64,000 nt of DNA, taken from a virus. A model generated the notes under the pieces. The model did not search any database. It had not been told where the DNA came from and was given only the letters and a program-made list of their open reading frames with translations. Position numbers and translations under genes: made by a program. Each line of letters starts with the position of its first letter. Positions within the stretch are counted from its first letter, which is position 1. The stretch lies in IMG/VR virus record IMGVR_UViG_3300027503_000009; one strand, given 5' to 3'. Below are positions 45,201-56,551 of this stretch, piece by piece.

Positions 45201-48200
45201 TAAGCTACTGCAATTGCTCTTAAATCTTTAATAATTGGAACAACTGTTTTATCTGTAGTTTTCATAACAATCTTAATCACAAATACTGTAAATGGATCTA
45301 ATGCTGTACCAGATAATCCAGCGGAGAATTGGCGATCAATAAATTTTGATTGTGTATCTATATTAGCGTTTGTTGGAACAACATCTTCTGTCATTTTAAC
45401 ATATGGTTTTTCTGAGAATGTTAGACTGTCAGATGTTGTTAAAATTTTATAATATACTTCAATTGAAGATGGTGAAGGTGCAAAAGATGATAATAGAACT
45501 TTAATTCCAGTTGAATCAAAACCTTCAGCTAATGTAATTCTTCTTGTAATATATTTAGCATATGCACCACCACCGGATTTATAAGTTTCATCTTTTGATA
45601 AATTATTAACACCAGTAGCACCTGTAACTGCTGTTGCACCAGTTCCCAAGTAACCTCTTGAAACAACGAAACCAGTTGCACCTGTTGGACCAGTTGCTCC
45701 ACCACCACCAGTAATTAACATTTTTTCATTCCAAATTTGAATGACGTTGTTGTTATCGAAATTTTCACCATTATCTACATATACTACTGATGAAGCACTT
45801 ATAAATCCAGTTGCACCAACAGTAGAAGTTGTTACCGATGAAATATTATTAATTACATTTTCAACAGCAATAACACTTAATCTTTCGGTATCAATAACAG
45901 GAGATACTTGGTTATTTGATGATGTTAATGTTGCTTGTAGAACTAGACTTCCTGCATTATTAACTCTCTTTTCTGTTGAAAGATATGTGTTATTATTGCT
46001 ATAGTAGTCGGTATATGAAGATGCTATACCAGCAACTGTTCCATCACTAGATGGTTTGTATTGCCAAGAAACTTTATTATTTCCAAAATTAATTTCTTGA
46101 GAAGTTGTTTTAAATAAGTGATATGGTTTTGAAGAAGCCATTGCAGTATTCTTAAATACTGCTGTTCCTGATGTTTGATTAAACGAACAGCGATTAATTG
46201 TAAACATCAAATCTTCTTCTTGTACAGCAGTCCATGTTCTGGCATTCTGTGATTTAAAGAATGAGCCAGCATATGGTTGTGTGCTGATAATTTGACCTTG
46301 ATCTACACTTGTGATATTTAATTGACCAATTTCAGAAACATAAACATTATATTTGTCTGTGTTTGTAATTAGAACAATTGCATATTCACCTGGAGGCAAA
46401 TAAACAGGAGAACTAAACTTAAAGTTTGTTGCAACTTTTGCTGCTGTTGCTAAATCAGTTGTTTTTACATAATCTGTAATTACAGCAGATACTGCACCAT
46501 TAACTCCTGTTGTATCACCAACACCTCTTGTTACTGTAACAGAAGGATTTGATGTATAACCATATCCAGGATTTGTGATTGTAATTGCAGTAATTTGACC
46601 ACCAGATATTGTTGCTGTTGCTGTTGCTTGAACTCCATTACTTAAATTTGGAGCAGAAAAAGTTATTGTTGGTGCTACTGTGTAACTTGCTCCAGGATTT
46701 GTAATAGAAACTGTTGATACTTTTCCATATGGTTGCATTGTAACTTCACTAAATGGAACAATATCATATGCACTTGGATATCCATTAAGTGTTGGTCTAA
46801 TTTGTAATGTTACTGGAACATTAACATCTTTTGTTTGGAAGAAGATATCAACACTTTCCATAAACATACCATTAGGATATGTATTTGATGGAACCAAGAA
46901 AGTTTGTGCTAATGGATCAACATAATCAGGAACACTAATTGGTTCTGAAATTGTAATAACATCTTCAACAGTTCTTGTTCTTGGAACCATTGTTCTTGTT
47001 GAAACAACAGTTTTTTCTCTTGTTATTAATGTTCCTTCAGCAAAATAATTTGTTTCAGCAGCAGTTGTTGTAGCTGCTAAATTATTTGTGCTGCTATCGG
47101 TTAATTTAAACTTTCTAGAACCAGTTTTGAATGTTCCGGCAGTAATTGTAAATGTTCCGGAAATTTCACCTTGTGCATTAGTTTGACCATTGTTAGGATT
47201 TCCACTAATTTGATATTGAGTATCAAATGTGCATGTAATTGCAACATCATCAAAGAATCCATAAACTCTAGTATTTGGTTTTAGTGCCTTAGCAATAAAT
47301 CTTACTGTTTTAGATCTAATGTAAGGAACAACACCAATATTTACAATTTTATCATCAACAACTTTTGTGATTGTTTCTGGAACATATTCAGTAACAGACC
47401 CAGTTCTTCTTCTTTCACCTGTTCTTACAGTTCTAGTAGTTGTGACTGCTGGACCTAATTGATAAATAGATCCGCCATTATTTTCCCAATCAAAAACAAA
47501 TGCTCCACTTTGATAAGTTTCAGTTAATGTTTGTGTACCTGTCCAATTATCTTCCCAGTCATTCCATTGTGTTTGGAATGGTTGTGTATTTGAAACCCAA
47601 GCATCATTTTCGCCAACGTTATTAATAACAACGTCAGGTCTGTTTGTTGTATCATGCCATGTATCACTGTTTGGATCTAATGAAACATTTCCGATAAATG
47701 AAAAGAAGTTATATGGATTTACATTTACAGTTTTGCTTGCATAAGGTTGACGAGCAAATACTGTTTTGTCATAAGTTAGTGTAATTAATGTTCCAGTTTG
47801 TACAGTGTTTGTTAATGTATCCTTTGCAATTTCAACAGGAGTACTTGAGAAAGGTGCTCTTAGTTGTTTCTTATTGAAATCCATTGAACACTTATAATCA
47901 GAATTTAATACATCACCAACTGCGTGACCACTAAAATTATCTACAACGAAACCGTTCTTAAATCTATCATTACCACCAGAATCAGTTACATCGAAACTTT
48001 GTGTATCTTGTTCTAATAAGTTTAAGGCATTATAGAATTCAAGATTTTCAATTCTCTTTTCTAACTTACCAATATCACGCATTGTATAACGCTTATTTTC
48101 AATATATTTAACTTTAATGTCTTTTACATTATAAGTATAAGCAGGAACAGTCAATACATAAAGAGTCATTGCATCTTGATTATCTGGAGGAACTGTTGGA

Positions 48201-50554
48201 TTAATTGCTGATGTTCCCTTAATAACAAGAAAATCTTTGTCTTTTGTTACAACAAGTTTATCAATTCTATTTAAATAGTAAGCATAATCTGCCACCATTA
48301 AACTTCCAGGATTAGGTGTAACAATAGAAGTTGAATCTGTGATATATGGTCTAAAGTCAACACAATCTCTTAAATTAAAAGTTTGCCCTGTGCTTGTTGA
48401 TGTATATGTTGGAATAGTATCATAATTTGGATATGAATCAACAGTAAAGAATCCACCAGATGCTGTACTTGCACTGTAGTAATTGTACATTACAAGAACA
48501 TAACCAGTTGGTGTTGCTTGACCTTCTTTTAGTGTCAATACACCATAATCGTAAATATTATCACGTTGTCCGTTATCAATATTATAACGACTTGTAATAT
48601 CTGTACCAGATGAATAATCTGCTTTTGTTGGATCTGAAGCAAACATTTTTACTTTAACTGTTCGACTTTCAACAGTTAAATTTGTTGTATCTGAAGTATC
48701 AATATCAGGTAAAGGTAATGTAATAGTTTGGAATCCAGAAGAAATTTTGTATCTACCTCTAGCGTTAGAAGTAGTTATAGTATCACCAGAAGCTAGATCA
48801 TCTAGGTTTGCAGTTTTATATTCTTTTGTTCTTTGATCGAATGTGTAGTTTGTTGCCGGATTACTACTAAAATTCATTAGTGCAATAACAGCAATATTGT
48901 TAGAACCACCACCAGCAACTGTTACAGTAATAGAAGTTGAACTATTAAAAACAATAGTTGGCGAAGTTACAAATGTATTTGATGTAGTATTAAATACTAA
49001 ATACTTTGTTGAATCTTGTATAAATGTAATTCTAGCATCACCAGTTAAAATAGTAGCTGAGTTTGTACTTAATGTGGCTGTAAATGTTGTATAAAATTGA
49101 TAAGATAAATCAATTCCAGCAGGACTATTTGTATTCAAGAATGATTTTACAACATTTGATGAAACTGGGAATAAAAGATTAGAGAAACTTGATTCTTCTA
49201 TGTAAGCACTTCCACTTGTTAGAACAACACCACAAATTTTGTTTGTGGTTGATGCAACAGCAAAACTTCTGACTGATGAAAATACTTGACCAGAATTCAT
49301 AGATACATTTGTAATATATGCTCTATAAACACCAGCAGAATCTTTTAAAATTACCTTTAATCTTGCTGTTCCAATTTTTGTTCCAGATGCAGGAGTTGCA
49401 TTATTATATAAATCAATAATTGGATTTGTTTTTGTATCAACAAAGTATGCTAAATTTTCAACCTTAACATATGAACCATAATTTAATTGAATTGGTGAAT
49501 TGTTTACAGAAAACGTATCTCTTGCTTTATCAACAATTATACTTGTTGGTGCAATAGTTTCAAATTCAAAACCTTTTACATAAGCCTTACCTGGATCAAG
49601 AACAGCTTTAACAGTTGTTGAATTATTTTCCTTAATTGTAAGTGGGAAAGGTTTTACCGTATAATTACCAGATTCATCAAATGTTCTTCTTGCTAAAGTT
49701 TTTTCTAATTCAGCATATGCTGGAAATTTAACTTGTTGAACAATATTACCATCTTCTAATCGTACTAATAATATGAAATCTTTATTAGCTGAAGTTCCTG
49801 TTGCTGGATTTGCAGCAATCCCAAGTTGCAATTCAATTTTATATCTATCTGCACCTGGAGCTAAGTAATTGAAAGAACCAGTTGAATTATCTAATAGTGA
49901 TGAATCATCATTTTCATCAATTAAACTCTCAACAACATTTAAACCAACTGAACATGTTGGTACAGCAGTATCTGTAGTTAAGTCTGATAATTTTGTAATG
50001 GCAACTTGTTGATCAACAATTACAAAGAATCCCTTAGTATAAAAAATACCAGATTGAATAGTTACAGCAGATGCATCACCTGTAAAACTTGATGAAACAA
50101 TTTGTGCTTGAGAAGTTGCAACATTTGTTGCTTCATTAACAACACCAATAACTTCAGATGCTTGAAATGTACCAGAAATAACTTTGATATAAATTTTTGG
50201 ATTTGCTGATGTACCAAACCCACTTGTTTTAATAACTCTTGCTTGTGCAGCAGATGTATTTCCACGAAGTAACACACCATCAAATGTTGATGATAAAAGT
50301 TGATTACCACCATAAACATTTTCTAATACAAGATATTTAACTTTAGAATCAAAAGATGTCTGACCACCCAAAACCATACTACCATCTTGAAAAATATGAT
50401 TTCCAAAACGCTGAATTTGATTTTGTAGAATAGTTTGAGCTTGTGTTAATTCTCTTGCCTGAACTGCACGTCCAGGTCTAAATAGCACTCTTAGAAATTT
50501 CTTTGCTTCAGAAAAATCATCAAAATATGGTGGTGCGTTAAAATTAATTGCCAT
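45200..50554 (-). CDS. Large baseplate/virion structural protein (VrlC/DUF4815-like), 1784 aa
   Basis: PYFDDF...KF.RVLFRPG.AVQARELTQ.Q, YTMRDIG.LEKRI, RFKNGFVVDNF, DPLAQTF. Confidence 0.85.
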   Translation of the reverse strand: MAINFNAPPYFDDFSEAKKFLRVLFRPGRAVQARELTQAQTILQNQIQRFGNHIFQDGSMVLGGQTSFDSKVKYLVLENVYGGNQLLSSTFDGVLLRGNTSAAQARVIKTSGFGTSANPKIYIKVISGTFQASEVIGVVNEATNVATSQAQIVSSSFTGDASAVTIQSGIFYTKGFFVIVDQQVAITKLSDLTTDTAVPTCSVGLNVVESLIDENDDSSLLDNSTGSFNYLAPGADRYKIELQLGIAANPATGTSANKDFILLVRLEDGNIVQQVKFPAYAELEKTLARRTFDESGNYTVKPFPLTIKENNSTTVKAVLDPGKAYVKGFEFETIAPTSIIVDKARDTFSVNNSPIQLNYGSYVKVENLAYFVDTKTNPIIDLYNNATPASGTKIGTARLKVILKDSAGVYRAYITNVSMNSGQVFSSVRSFAVASTTNKICGVVLTSGSAYIEESSFSNLLFPVSSNVVKSFLNTNSPAGIDLSYQFYTTFTATLSTNSATILTGDARITFIQDSTKYLVFNTTSNTFVTSPTIVFNSSTSITVTVAGGGSNNIAVIALMNFSSNPATNYTFDQRTKEYKTANLDDLASGDTITTSNARGRYKISSGFQTITLPLPDIDTSDTTNLTVESRTVKVKMFASDPTKADYSSGTDITSRYNIDNGQRDNIYDYGVLTLKEGQATPTGYVLVMYNYYSASTASGGFFTVDSYPNYDTIPTYTSTSTGQTFNLRDCVDFRPYITDSTSIVTPNPGSLMVADYAYYLNRIDKLVVTKDKDFLVIKGTSAINPTVPPDNQDAMTLYVLTVPAYTYNVKDIKVKYIENKRYTMRDIGKLEKRIENLEFYNALNLLEQDTQSFDVTDSGGNDRFKNGFVVDNFSGHAVGDVLNSDYKCSMDFNKKQLRAPFSSTPVEIAKDTLTNTVQTGTLITLTYDKTVFARQPYASKTVNVNPYNFFSFIGNVSLDPNSDTWHDTTNRPDVVINNVGENDAWVSNTQPFQTQWNDWEDNWTGTQTLTETYQSGAFVFDWENNGGSIYQLGPAVTTTRTVRTGERRRTGSVTEYVPETITKVVDDKIVNIGVVPYIRSKTVRFIAKALKPNTRVYGFFDDVAITCTFDTQYQISGNPNNGQTNAQGEISGTFTITAGTFKTGSRKFKLTDSSTNNLAATTTAAETNYFAEGTLITREKTVVSTRTMVPRTRTVEDVITISEPISVPDYVDPLAQTFLVPSNTYPNGMFMESVDIFFQTKDVNVPVTLQIRPTLNGYPSAYDIVPFSEVTMQPYGKVSTVSITNPGASYTVAPTITFSAPNLSNGVQATATATISGGQITAITITNPGYGYTSNPSVTVTRGVGDTTGVNGAVSAVITDYVKTTDLATAAKVATNFKFSSPVYLPPGEYAIVLITNTDKYNVYVSEIGQLNITSVDQGQIISTQPYAGSFFKSQNARTWTAVQEEDLMFTINRCSFNQTSGTAVFKNTAMASSKPYHLFKTTSQEINFGNNKVSWQYKPSSDGTVAGIASSYTDYYSNNNTYLSTEKRVNNAGSLVLQATLTSSNNQVSPVIDTERLSVIAVENVINNISSVTTSTVGATGFISASSVVYVDNGENFDNNNVIQIWNEKMLITGGGGATGPTGATGFVVSRGYLGTGATAVTGATGVNNLSKDETYKSGGGAYAKYITRRITLAEGFDSTGIKVLLSSFAPSPSSIEVYYKILTTSDSLTFSEKPYVKMTEDVVPTNANIDTQSKFIDRQFSAGLSGTALDPFTVFVIKIVMKTTDKTVVPIIKDLRAIAVA

Positions 50555-50580
50555 AGTTATTTAATACCTAAGTATATTTA

Positions 50581-52254
50581 TTAGAATTCTAATACGATTC
50601 TTATTTCTTCTGTTTGATCTGATGCTCTATTAATTGGTCTTCTATTTTCAAGATAAATTACATCACCATAGTATTCTTGTGAACCCAATTTTGTAGCGGT
50701 TGCAATTGTAGCTGAATTTGTTCCATCGCTAATACTATTGGATGCAGCAAATTGACCAACAACTTCATTTACTAGAACATATGCTGGATCTGGACTTGAT
50801 GCTGGTGTATATTGAACAATTTTAGCTGATTTTCCGCCAGATGCGGTAATTGTTGAATCAATTGTAAACGATCCAGGAGTTGAGTTTGTTGTTAATTCAA
50901 ATTTATAAAGATTATTTTCTGAAGTAGAATTAGTTAAAATTCCATATACAGATGACGTAGTTGGTCGTTGATCTGGTGAGATTGTCCAATCTCTATCAAC
51001 CAAAAGTGTATTATTAGTTGTTGAATAACCAATAATTTTTCTTCTTTCACCTTTTGCTGGACCGGAAATTATAGTAATTTCTTTTCCTAATAATGTAGAA
51101 GTTGGTGTTGTTGCAATTCTAATATTATTGTTGGCTGTAATTGGATTTGTTGATGATGAAAATCCACTTAAATATGTTATTACTGGAAATGATGAAGAAA
51201 CATATCCTGCTGATGTTCCTGTTGAATTTAGTTCAACTGGATCAACAATAATACCAATTCTTCTATAGTCATTTAATGTGATTAATTGACTACTTTCCGA
51301 ACCAGAAAGTTCAACATAAATCATTACAGCAACACCACCTAATTCCGAAACTGCATCAAAACCATGTCCACCTTTTGGACTTAGTATTGCACGAACATTT
51401 AAGTTACCAGCAGAAACAGTGATTGTTGGTTCTTTATAATATCCAGTACCAACTGTGGATAATTTAATTGGTGTTACAACAGAACCACCAGAAATTGTAA
51501 TTGTTTGTGAAACTGCTTGAGTTCCACCTTTATGTGGAGATGGAATAGTTATTGTTGGTGCTACCGAATAACCAGAACCAGCACTAATTACATCAATAAC
51601 TTCAATTGCACCATCTCTTGCTGCGGATTGAACTGCCCACTGTCTGCTGCTATCATTATATTTAACTGTTTTAACAGGAATCCAATCTGATGTGACAAAC
51701 TTCAACATGTCAGCATCACTAACACTATACATAAATTTCCAAATGTATCCATCTGAACAATAAATTAATCCATTGTTTCCAGAAGTATCACCTTCACCTG
51801 TTCCTGTATCAATTGTAGAAGGATCAATAGTTGATGCTGCACCAATATTATTATTTACACACTTATAAATTCTATATTCGTCGTTTGTTGTAGTTACAAC
51901 ATAAAATGGTGTAACATCACTTGGACTTAATGCACCAGCACTTGTTCTATTAACAGTTGCAAACAAATCAATGTCATGTGAATACTCTCTGTAATAAACA
52001 CCTGTTGTCCAATTATAACGTCTAATAGCATGAGTAATATTATTTGCTTGTAATTTCTTCATGAAAATAATATCTTCATGAATATAATATTGCACATCTG
52101 GAGAATCAACTGGAACGGTTGGTGACAAATCATCATTCCATGTGGTTGATTTTCCAATAAACAAATAATAACTAGTTGGTGATGTTTCATCAAATGATTC
52201 AACAAATTGTTTAGCTGTTGAAAGACGAATTTTATTTGTAACAATAGCTGGCAT
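50581..52254 (-). CDS. gp8: Baseplate wedge subunit
   Basis: YKC..N, DGYIWKFMY, GGHG.D...ELG, ENRRPI.R..DQTEEI..VLEF. Confidence 0.88.
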   Translation of the reverse strand: MPAIVTNKIRLSTAKQFVESFDETSPTSYYLFIGKSTTWNDDLSPTVPVDSPDVQYYIHEDIIFMKKLQANNITHAIRRYNWTTGVYYREYSHDIDLFATVNRTSAGALSPSDVTPFYVVTTTNDEYRIYKCVNNNIGAASTIDPSTIDTGTGEGDTSGNNGLIYCSDGYIWKFMYSVSDADMLKFVTSDWIPVKTVKYNDSSRQWAVQSAARDGAIEVIDVISAGSGYSVAPTITIPSPHKGGTQAVSQTITISGGSVVTPIKLSTVGTGYYKEPTITVSAGNLNVRAILSPKGGHGFDAVSELGGVAVMIYVELSGSESSQLITLNDYRRIGIIVDPVELNSTGTSAGYVSSSFPVITYLSGFSSSTNPITANNNIRIATTPTSTLLGKEITIISGPAKGERRKIIGYSTTNNTLLVDRDWTISPDQRPTTSSVYGILTNSTSENNLYKFELTTNSTPGSFTIDSTITASGGKSAKIVQYTPASSPDPAYVLVNEVVGQFAASNSISDGTNSATIATATKLGSQEYYGDVIYLENRRPINRASDQTEEIRIVLEF

Positions 52255-52275
52255 TTCTAATAAATCCTTTTTTAT

Positions 52276-52283
52276 TATTTATA
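52276..52283 (-). promoter_or_regulatory. T4 late promoter (gp8)
   Basis: TATAAATA on minus strand. Confidence 0.7.
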
Positions 52284-54423
52284 TCTGTTTAATAGTAATA
52301 AAAGCTTCACGATTTAAATTAGTTCGTTCAGCTAAACCATTTGGTTTAATAAAATCATTGATTAATTTATTCTCAACAATTTTCATTGGAGTGTTTGATA
52401 ATGTATATAAATCATCAGCATAATAATTAGTATTATATGCAGTTTCTGTATATTGATTTGGATTGTAGTATGTTACAGGAGTAAAACTTTCAACTAATTG
52501 TAAGTTTTCCCAACCCTGATATCCAGGAATATTAAATCTATCAGTATTTATCCATTCTAAAGTATTACCATAAGCTTTTTGAACATTTTGTATTTTAATT
52601 TTTCTATATGAATTAGGTACATCTATAGTATTTAAAATAAAACTTTTAACATCAAAACTTAATACTTTAAATGGATAGAAAAATTCTGGATATTCTTGTG
52701 GTGAACCATATTTATTTAATGAAAACGAATTAAATAATGATATAATACCAAAAAACACCATTCCAGCAGGATTTAATAAATCTTTTACAATATCTCTATA
52801 ATCAGAATAGTCTTCTTCTGATTTTAGCACATAAGAAAAATCTTGATAATAATCATCTTGAATGTACTTATTCCAAGAAACAAAACCATCTGTATTTGCA
52901 AATTGTCCAGGTTCAATTCCTAAAGTTTGTGGAGTAAATTGAATTTGTGCTAAATTTAAATATGCTGTTGCTACAGCAGTTCTTTCTGCTGCAATTGTAC
53001 TATTAAATGTTATTGTAGGTGTATTCTTGTATCCAGAACCATTATCAGTAATTGTTATTCCTGTAACAACTTTTTTACCTGTTGATGGATCTGTTGATGT
53101 TTGAACAGATACAGTTGCAGTTGTTCCAGATGGTGGTGCTGATACTGTAGCAGTAATAGTTGCACCTGATGGATATAAACCACCATCGTTGATAACAATT
53201 TCTTGAACTTTTCTAGTTGTTCCAATTACTGAAGGTGGAATATATGCTTTAAATGTTCCAGATGATGAAAGTTGATTATAATTTAAAATTCCATGATCAA
53301 TTATATCAAATGATTTTAATTTTCCTTCAGTATCCAATCCAGTAATTCTAACAATTATATTTGTTGCTGTTTTTAGAGCAGGAATATCAACATATGAATT
53401 ATCAATCGTAATTTCGTCACCAACAGTATAAATTGCTGAACTAGATTGCAATTCACCTTTTCTTAATAAACTAGGTGATCCAGCAACAGTAACTACAACA
53501 TCAGTAGTTTCTATTAAATCAAAATCATCAAAATATGATATTGTCTCACCATATACAAAATTTTCTGATAAATCCTCAACAAACAATTCAAAGAATACTA
53601 CAGGATTTCCATCAATAATATGTTCAGTTGCATTAACTCTTGAAATTACAGCAATAGCTTCTGATGTATTACCTTTAATTCTTTTATTTAAGTAATTAAC
53701 ATCACTATTTCTTTTAATAGTAATAAATTTATATTCAGTCCATTTACCATCAGAAACTCTTAACATATCCTTTTTAGGATAATAAAATTCTAGATCGCTA
53801 TTATAAACGCTTCTGAAGAAATAACGAAAACTATCTTCTGTTCCTTTAGCTTTAACAAAATCAGCTAAACCTTTTATTGTTAAAGCTTTATTTGCTGTTA
53901 AAATTTTTGGATAATCTGGTGATATTTCACCAATCAATTTATCTAAATTTGGATTTTCTGTTAATAAACTTCCAGTATTTACATGTAATATTTCAGTTAC
54001 AGTTGTATCTGTAAAATTTATTTGATTTCCAATTGCTGTAGTAAATATTCCACTAGTAACAACAATATTTACATATGCGGTTATGTTTGTAATTTTTTCA
54101 TACGATACAACATAACCTTTAGAAACCACAACACCATTCACATTACTTTGAACTATTTCATCTTTATAATCTGTATAATTTTGGGAAAATGATGCTTCAT
54201 CTTCAATACTAGCAAAAGATAATTTTAGTTTTATAACTCCGGAATTATATTTCTGTGTAATATCACGAGATTTTTCTAATGATTGAGTTACTTGATATGG
54301 TCCATAGTTACTTTCAACATATTCAAAATATTTCTTAATAAAAGTTACATATTTTTCAAAATTTGTACGGACATATCTTGATAATTGCTTGTCAATAAAA
54401 ATTGATATTTTTTTATCTTGCAT
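52279..54423 (-). CDS. Baseplate wedge subunit, gp7-like
   Basis: KGT..SF..FFR..Y, L..SDGKW, YYQDFSYV.KS, L.PAG; between gp6 and gp8. Confidence 0.75.
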   Translation of the reverse strand: MQDKKISIFIDKQLSRYVRTNFEKYVTFIKKYFEYVESNYGPYQVTQSLEKSRDITQKYNSGVIKLKLSFASIEDEASFSQNYTDYKDEIVQSNVNGVVVSKGYVVSYEKITNITAYVNIVVTSGIFTTAIGNQINFTDTTVTEILHVNTGSLLTENPNLDKLIGEISPDYPKILTANKALTIKGLADFVKAKGTEDSFRYFFRSVYNSDLEFYYPKKDMLRVSDGKWTEYKFITIKRNSDVNYLNKRIKGNTSEAIAVISRVNATEHIIDGNPVVFFELFVEDLSENFVYGETISYFDDFDLIETTDVVVTVAGSPSLLRKGELQSSSAIYTVGDEITIDNSYVDIPALKTATNIIVRITGLDTEGKLKSFDIIDHGILNYNQLSSSGTFKAYIPPSVIGTTRKVQEIVINDGGLYPSGATITATVSAPPSGTTATVSVQTSTDPSTGKKVVTGITITDNGSGYKNTPTITFNSTIAAERTAVATAYLNLAQIQFTPQTLGIEPGQFANTDGFVSWNKYIQDDYYQDFSYVLKSEEDYSDYRDIVKDLLNPAGMVFFGIISLFNSFSLNKYGSPQEYPEFFYPFKVLSFDVKSFILNTIDVPNSYRKIKIQNVQKAYGNTLEWINTDRFNIPGYQGWENLQLVESFTPVTYYNPNQYTETAYNTNYYADDLYTLSNTPMKIVENKLINDFIKPNGLAERTNLNREAFITIKQI

Positions 54424-56149
54424 CTAAATCTTCCGCTGTAACTGTGAAGTTTTCTGGATTTAATAATATAATATCTTCTCTTTTTGCCAAAATATCATTT
54501 TCATATGGTGTTGCTTCAATATTTAATGTAGTCTCAATCAAACTTGATGGTAAAATACTTTCAATAATAATTGAACCAGTTTCATAATTTACTGTTCCAA
54601 CATTATTTTTCATTACAATTTTATTGCCACCTTGATAACGAATAATTCTAATAACACCTAAACCATCATCATCGAGGAAAAATACATCCCCGCTATTATA
54701 AGTAATAGTTGGATCTTGTGATACTACAAATCCATTTGAAATAATTGAACTAGTTTTAATTCTATTATTAAATGATATTTCAATTTTATTAATTGTGTTT
54801 AATGTTACTTCATTTTTTCTAACAAGTGAGATATTTGTTATGTTACTAATGATTCCAACATCTACATTATCAATTAAATATAAAAATTTAGAATATCTAA
54901 ACGAAGTTTCAAAATTACTTAATTCTTTTTGGGCAAATAAATTAACTTGAAGTTTCAATTTAGAAACAACTTCATTTTTAGTTAGTGTTGTTTTTCTTCT
55001 ATCATATACTAATTTTGTGTTAATTTTTAAGTAAATATATTTTGGATCAACTAATTCTGGAATAACAGATACAATATTTTTTGTATTTAATATTGTATTC
55101 TTAATAGAAGCTTTTTGTAAACTATTTAATGTTTCTTCACCAACAGGCTTAATAGCAATAAATACCTTTCCATAAACAGGATGTGGTAATTGATCTTGTC
55201 CCCCCCAAACAGAAACTGCCTCAACATTAGGAACATCTCTTAAAATTAAAGTTCTATAATCAGTTGTAGTTACCGCTCTATTTTGACCTTCAAAATTTCT
55301 AGGTGCTAGAAATTTAATTGAATCCGTTGATTCTCTACTTGAACCACCAAATGATGTCACGCTACTATTAATTGTAATATTTTGTGGTGGTGTAAAGGAA
55401 GTTGCTCCATTTGCGGCAGCACCAGCAGATACTTTATATTCGACTGTTATAACATTACCAGATTCTAATGCTTTACCTAAAATACCATCACCAAATAAAA
55501 TTCTATAGTTATAATTAGAATCTTCTTCTAGGTAATAAATTTTAGAATCTGGTTCAACTGTAGTTAAATTTGTATTCAATGTATAAACTTCAGAACCAGA
55601 AGTTGCGTTTTGTTGAACAGATACTTTTAAAGTTGAAGTATCTATTTCTGAATTTGGTATAACAAATTTTTGTGTTATATCTGTTAAATTAACAACAAAT
55701 TTATTAGTTACAGTTCTTCCTTCATATACGACTATGCTTTGTGCAACATTAGCAGTTAAAGATATGTCTTCAATCGGAGAAAAATAATAACCTACTCCAT
55801 CCACATCAGTAGTAAAATATGAATTTCTAGAAACAGATTGATTAACTGAAGATGTAACATTTAGAATTGTTGAAGAAGATCTTGTTGATCTTGGAGTATA
55901 CCCAAGTAATTTTGCATGTGAGATTACATTTTCTCTTTTAATTGCAGTGTCAAGAAATGATTCATTAGCTACCATATTTGTATAATATGATAACATATAT
56001 GTGTTATATGCAAGAATATCAATTAATGTTGAGAGAGCAGAACCTTCAAAATTATAATCAGTAAATTCAGTCTGATTTTTTAAGAAATTTTTAATATTAG
56101 CTTTGATACCATCAAAATCTAATTCTGTAAGTAATAGATTTGTTGCCAT
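54413..56149 (-). CDS. gp6: Baseplate wedge subunit
   Basis: LDFD.IK, DYNFEGS.L..LID.LAYNT, QNRAVT..DY, YGKVFI.IKP. Confidence 0.93.
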   Translation of the reverse strand: MATNLLLTELDFDGIKANIKNFLKNQTEFTDYNFEGSALSTLIDILAYNTYMLSYYTNMVANESFLDTAIKRENVISHAKLLGYTPRSTRSSSTILNVTSSVNQSVSRNSYFTTDVDGVGYYFSPIEDISLTANVAQSIVVYEGRTVTNKFVVNLTDITQKFVIPNSEIDTSTLKVSVQQNATSGSEVYTLNTNLTTVEPDSKIYYLEEDSNYNYRILFGDGILGKALESGNVITVEYKVSAGAAANGATSFTPPQNITINSSVTSFGGSSRESTDSIKFLAPRNFEGQNRAVTTTDYRTLILRDVPNVEAVSVWGGQDQLPHPVYGKVFIAIKPVGEETLNSLQKASIKNTILNTKNIVSVIPELVDPKYIYLKINTKLVYDRRKTTLTKNEVVSKLKLQVNLFAQKELSNFETSFRYSKFLYLIDNVDVGIISNITNISLVRKNEVTLNTINKIEISFNNRIKTSSIISNGFVVSQDPTITYNSGDVFFLDDDGLGVIRIIRYQGGNKIVMKNNVGTVNYETGSIIIESILPSSLIETTLNIEATPYENDILAKREDIILLNPENFTVTAEDLDAR

Positions 56150-56539
56150 TTATCGTACTCTCTCTAAAATAAAATCAAACTTTTGAAGTTCTGTTAGACC
56201 AACTATGAAATATTCTAATGTTACATTTAATTCATTTTCATCAATATTGATATATACTATAACATCAACTAATGAAACTCTTGGTTCATATGCAGCAATT
56301 ATCTGACGTATTGCTCTGTCTATATTTATTTCCGTTAAAAAATCAAAATTTTCAAACAAATAATCTTCTAATCCGGCACCTAATGTTGAATTAAATTTTC
56401 TTTCATACACGTTAGTGAAAATTAAATTCATTAAAGATTGTTTTATAGCTTCTTCATTTTTTCTTACAACTAAATTTTTTGTTGTTGGGAGAAAATCGAA
56501 GTTGAAATCTAAGTCTTTATATTTTACTTTTGTAGCCAT
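56150..56539 (-). CDS. gp25: Baseplate wedge subunit
   Basis: YKDLD, AIKQS..NL..T...ER.F, YEPRV. Confidence 0.9.
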   Translation of the reverse strand: MATKVKYKDLDFNFDFLPTTKNLVVRKNEEAIKQSLMNLIFTNVYERKFNSTLGAGLEDYLFENFDFLTEINIDRAIRQIIAAYEPRVSLVDVIVYINIDENELNVTLEYFIVGLTELQKFDFILERVR

Positions 56540-56551
56540 ATTTATTATTTA

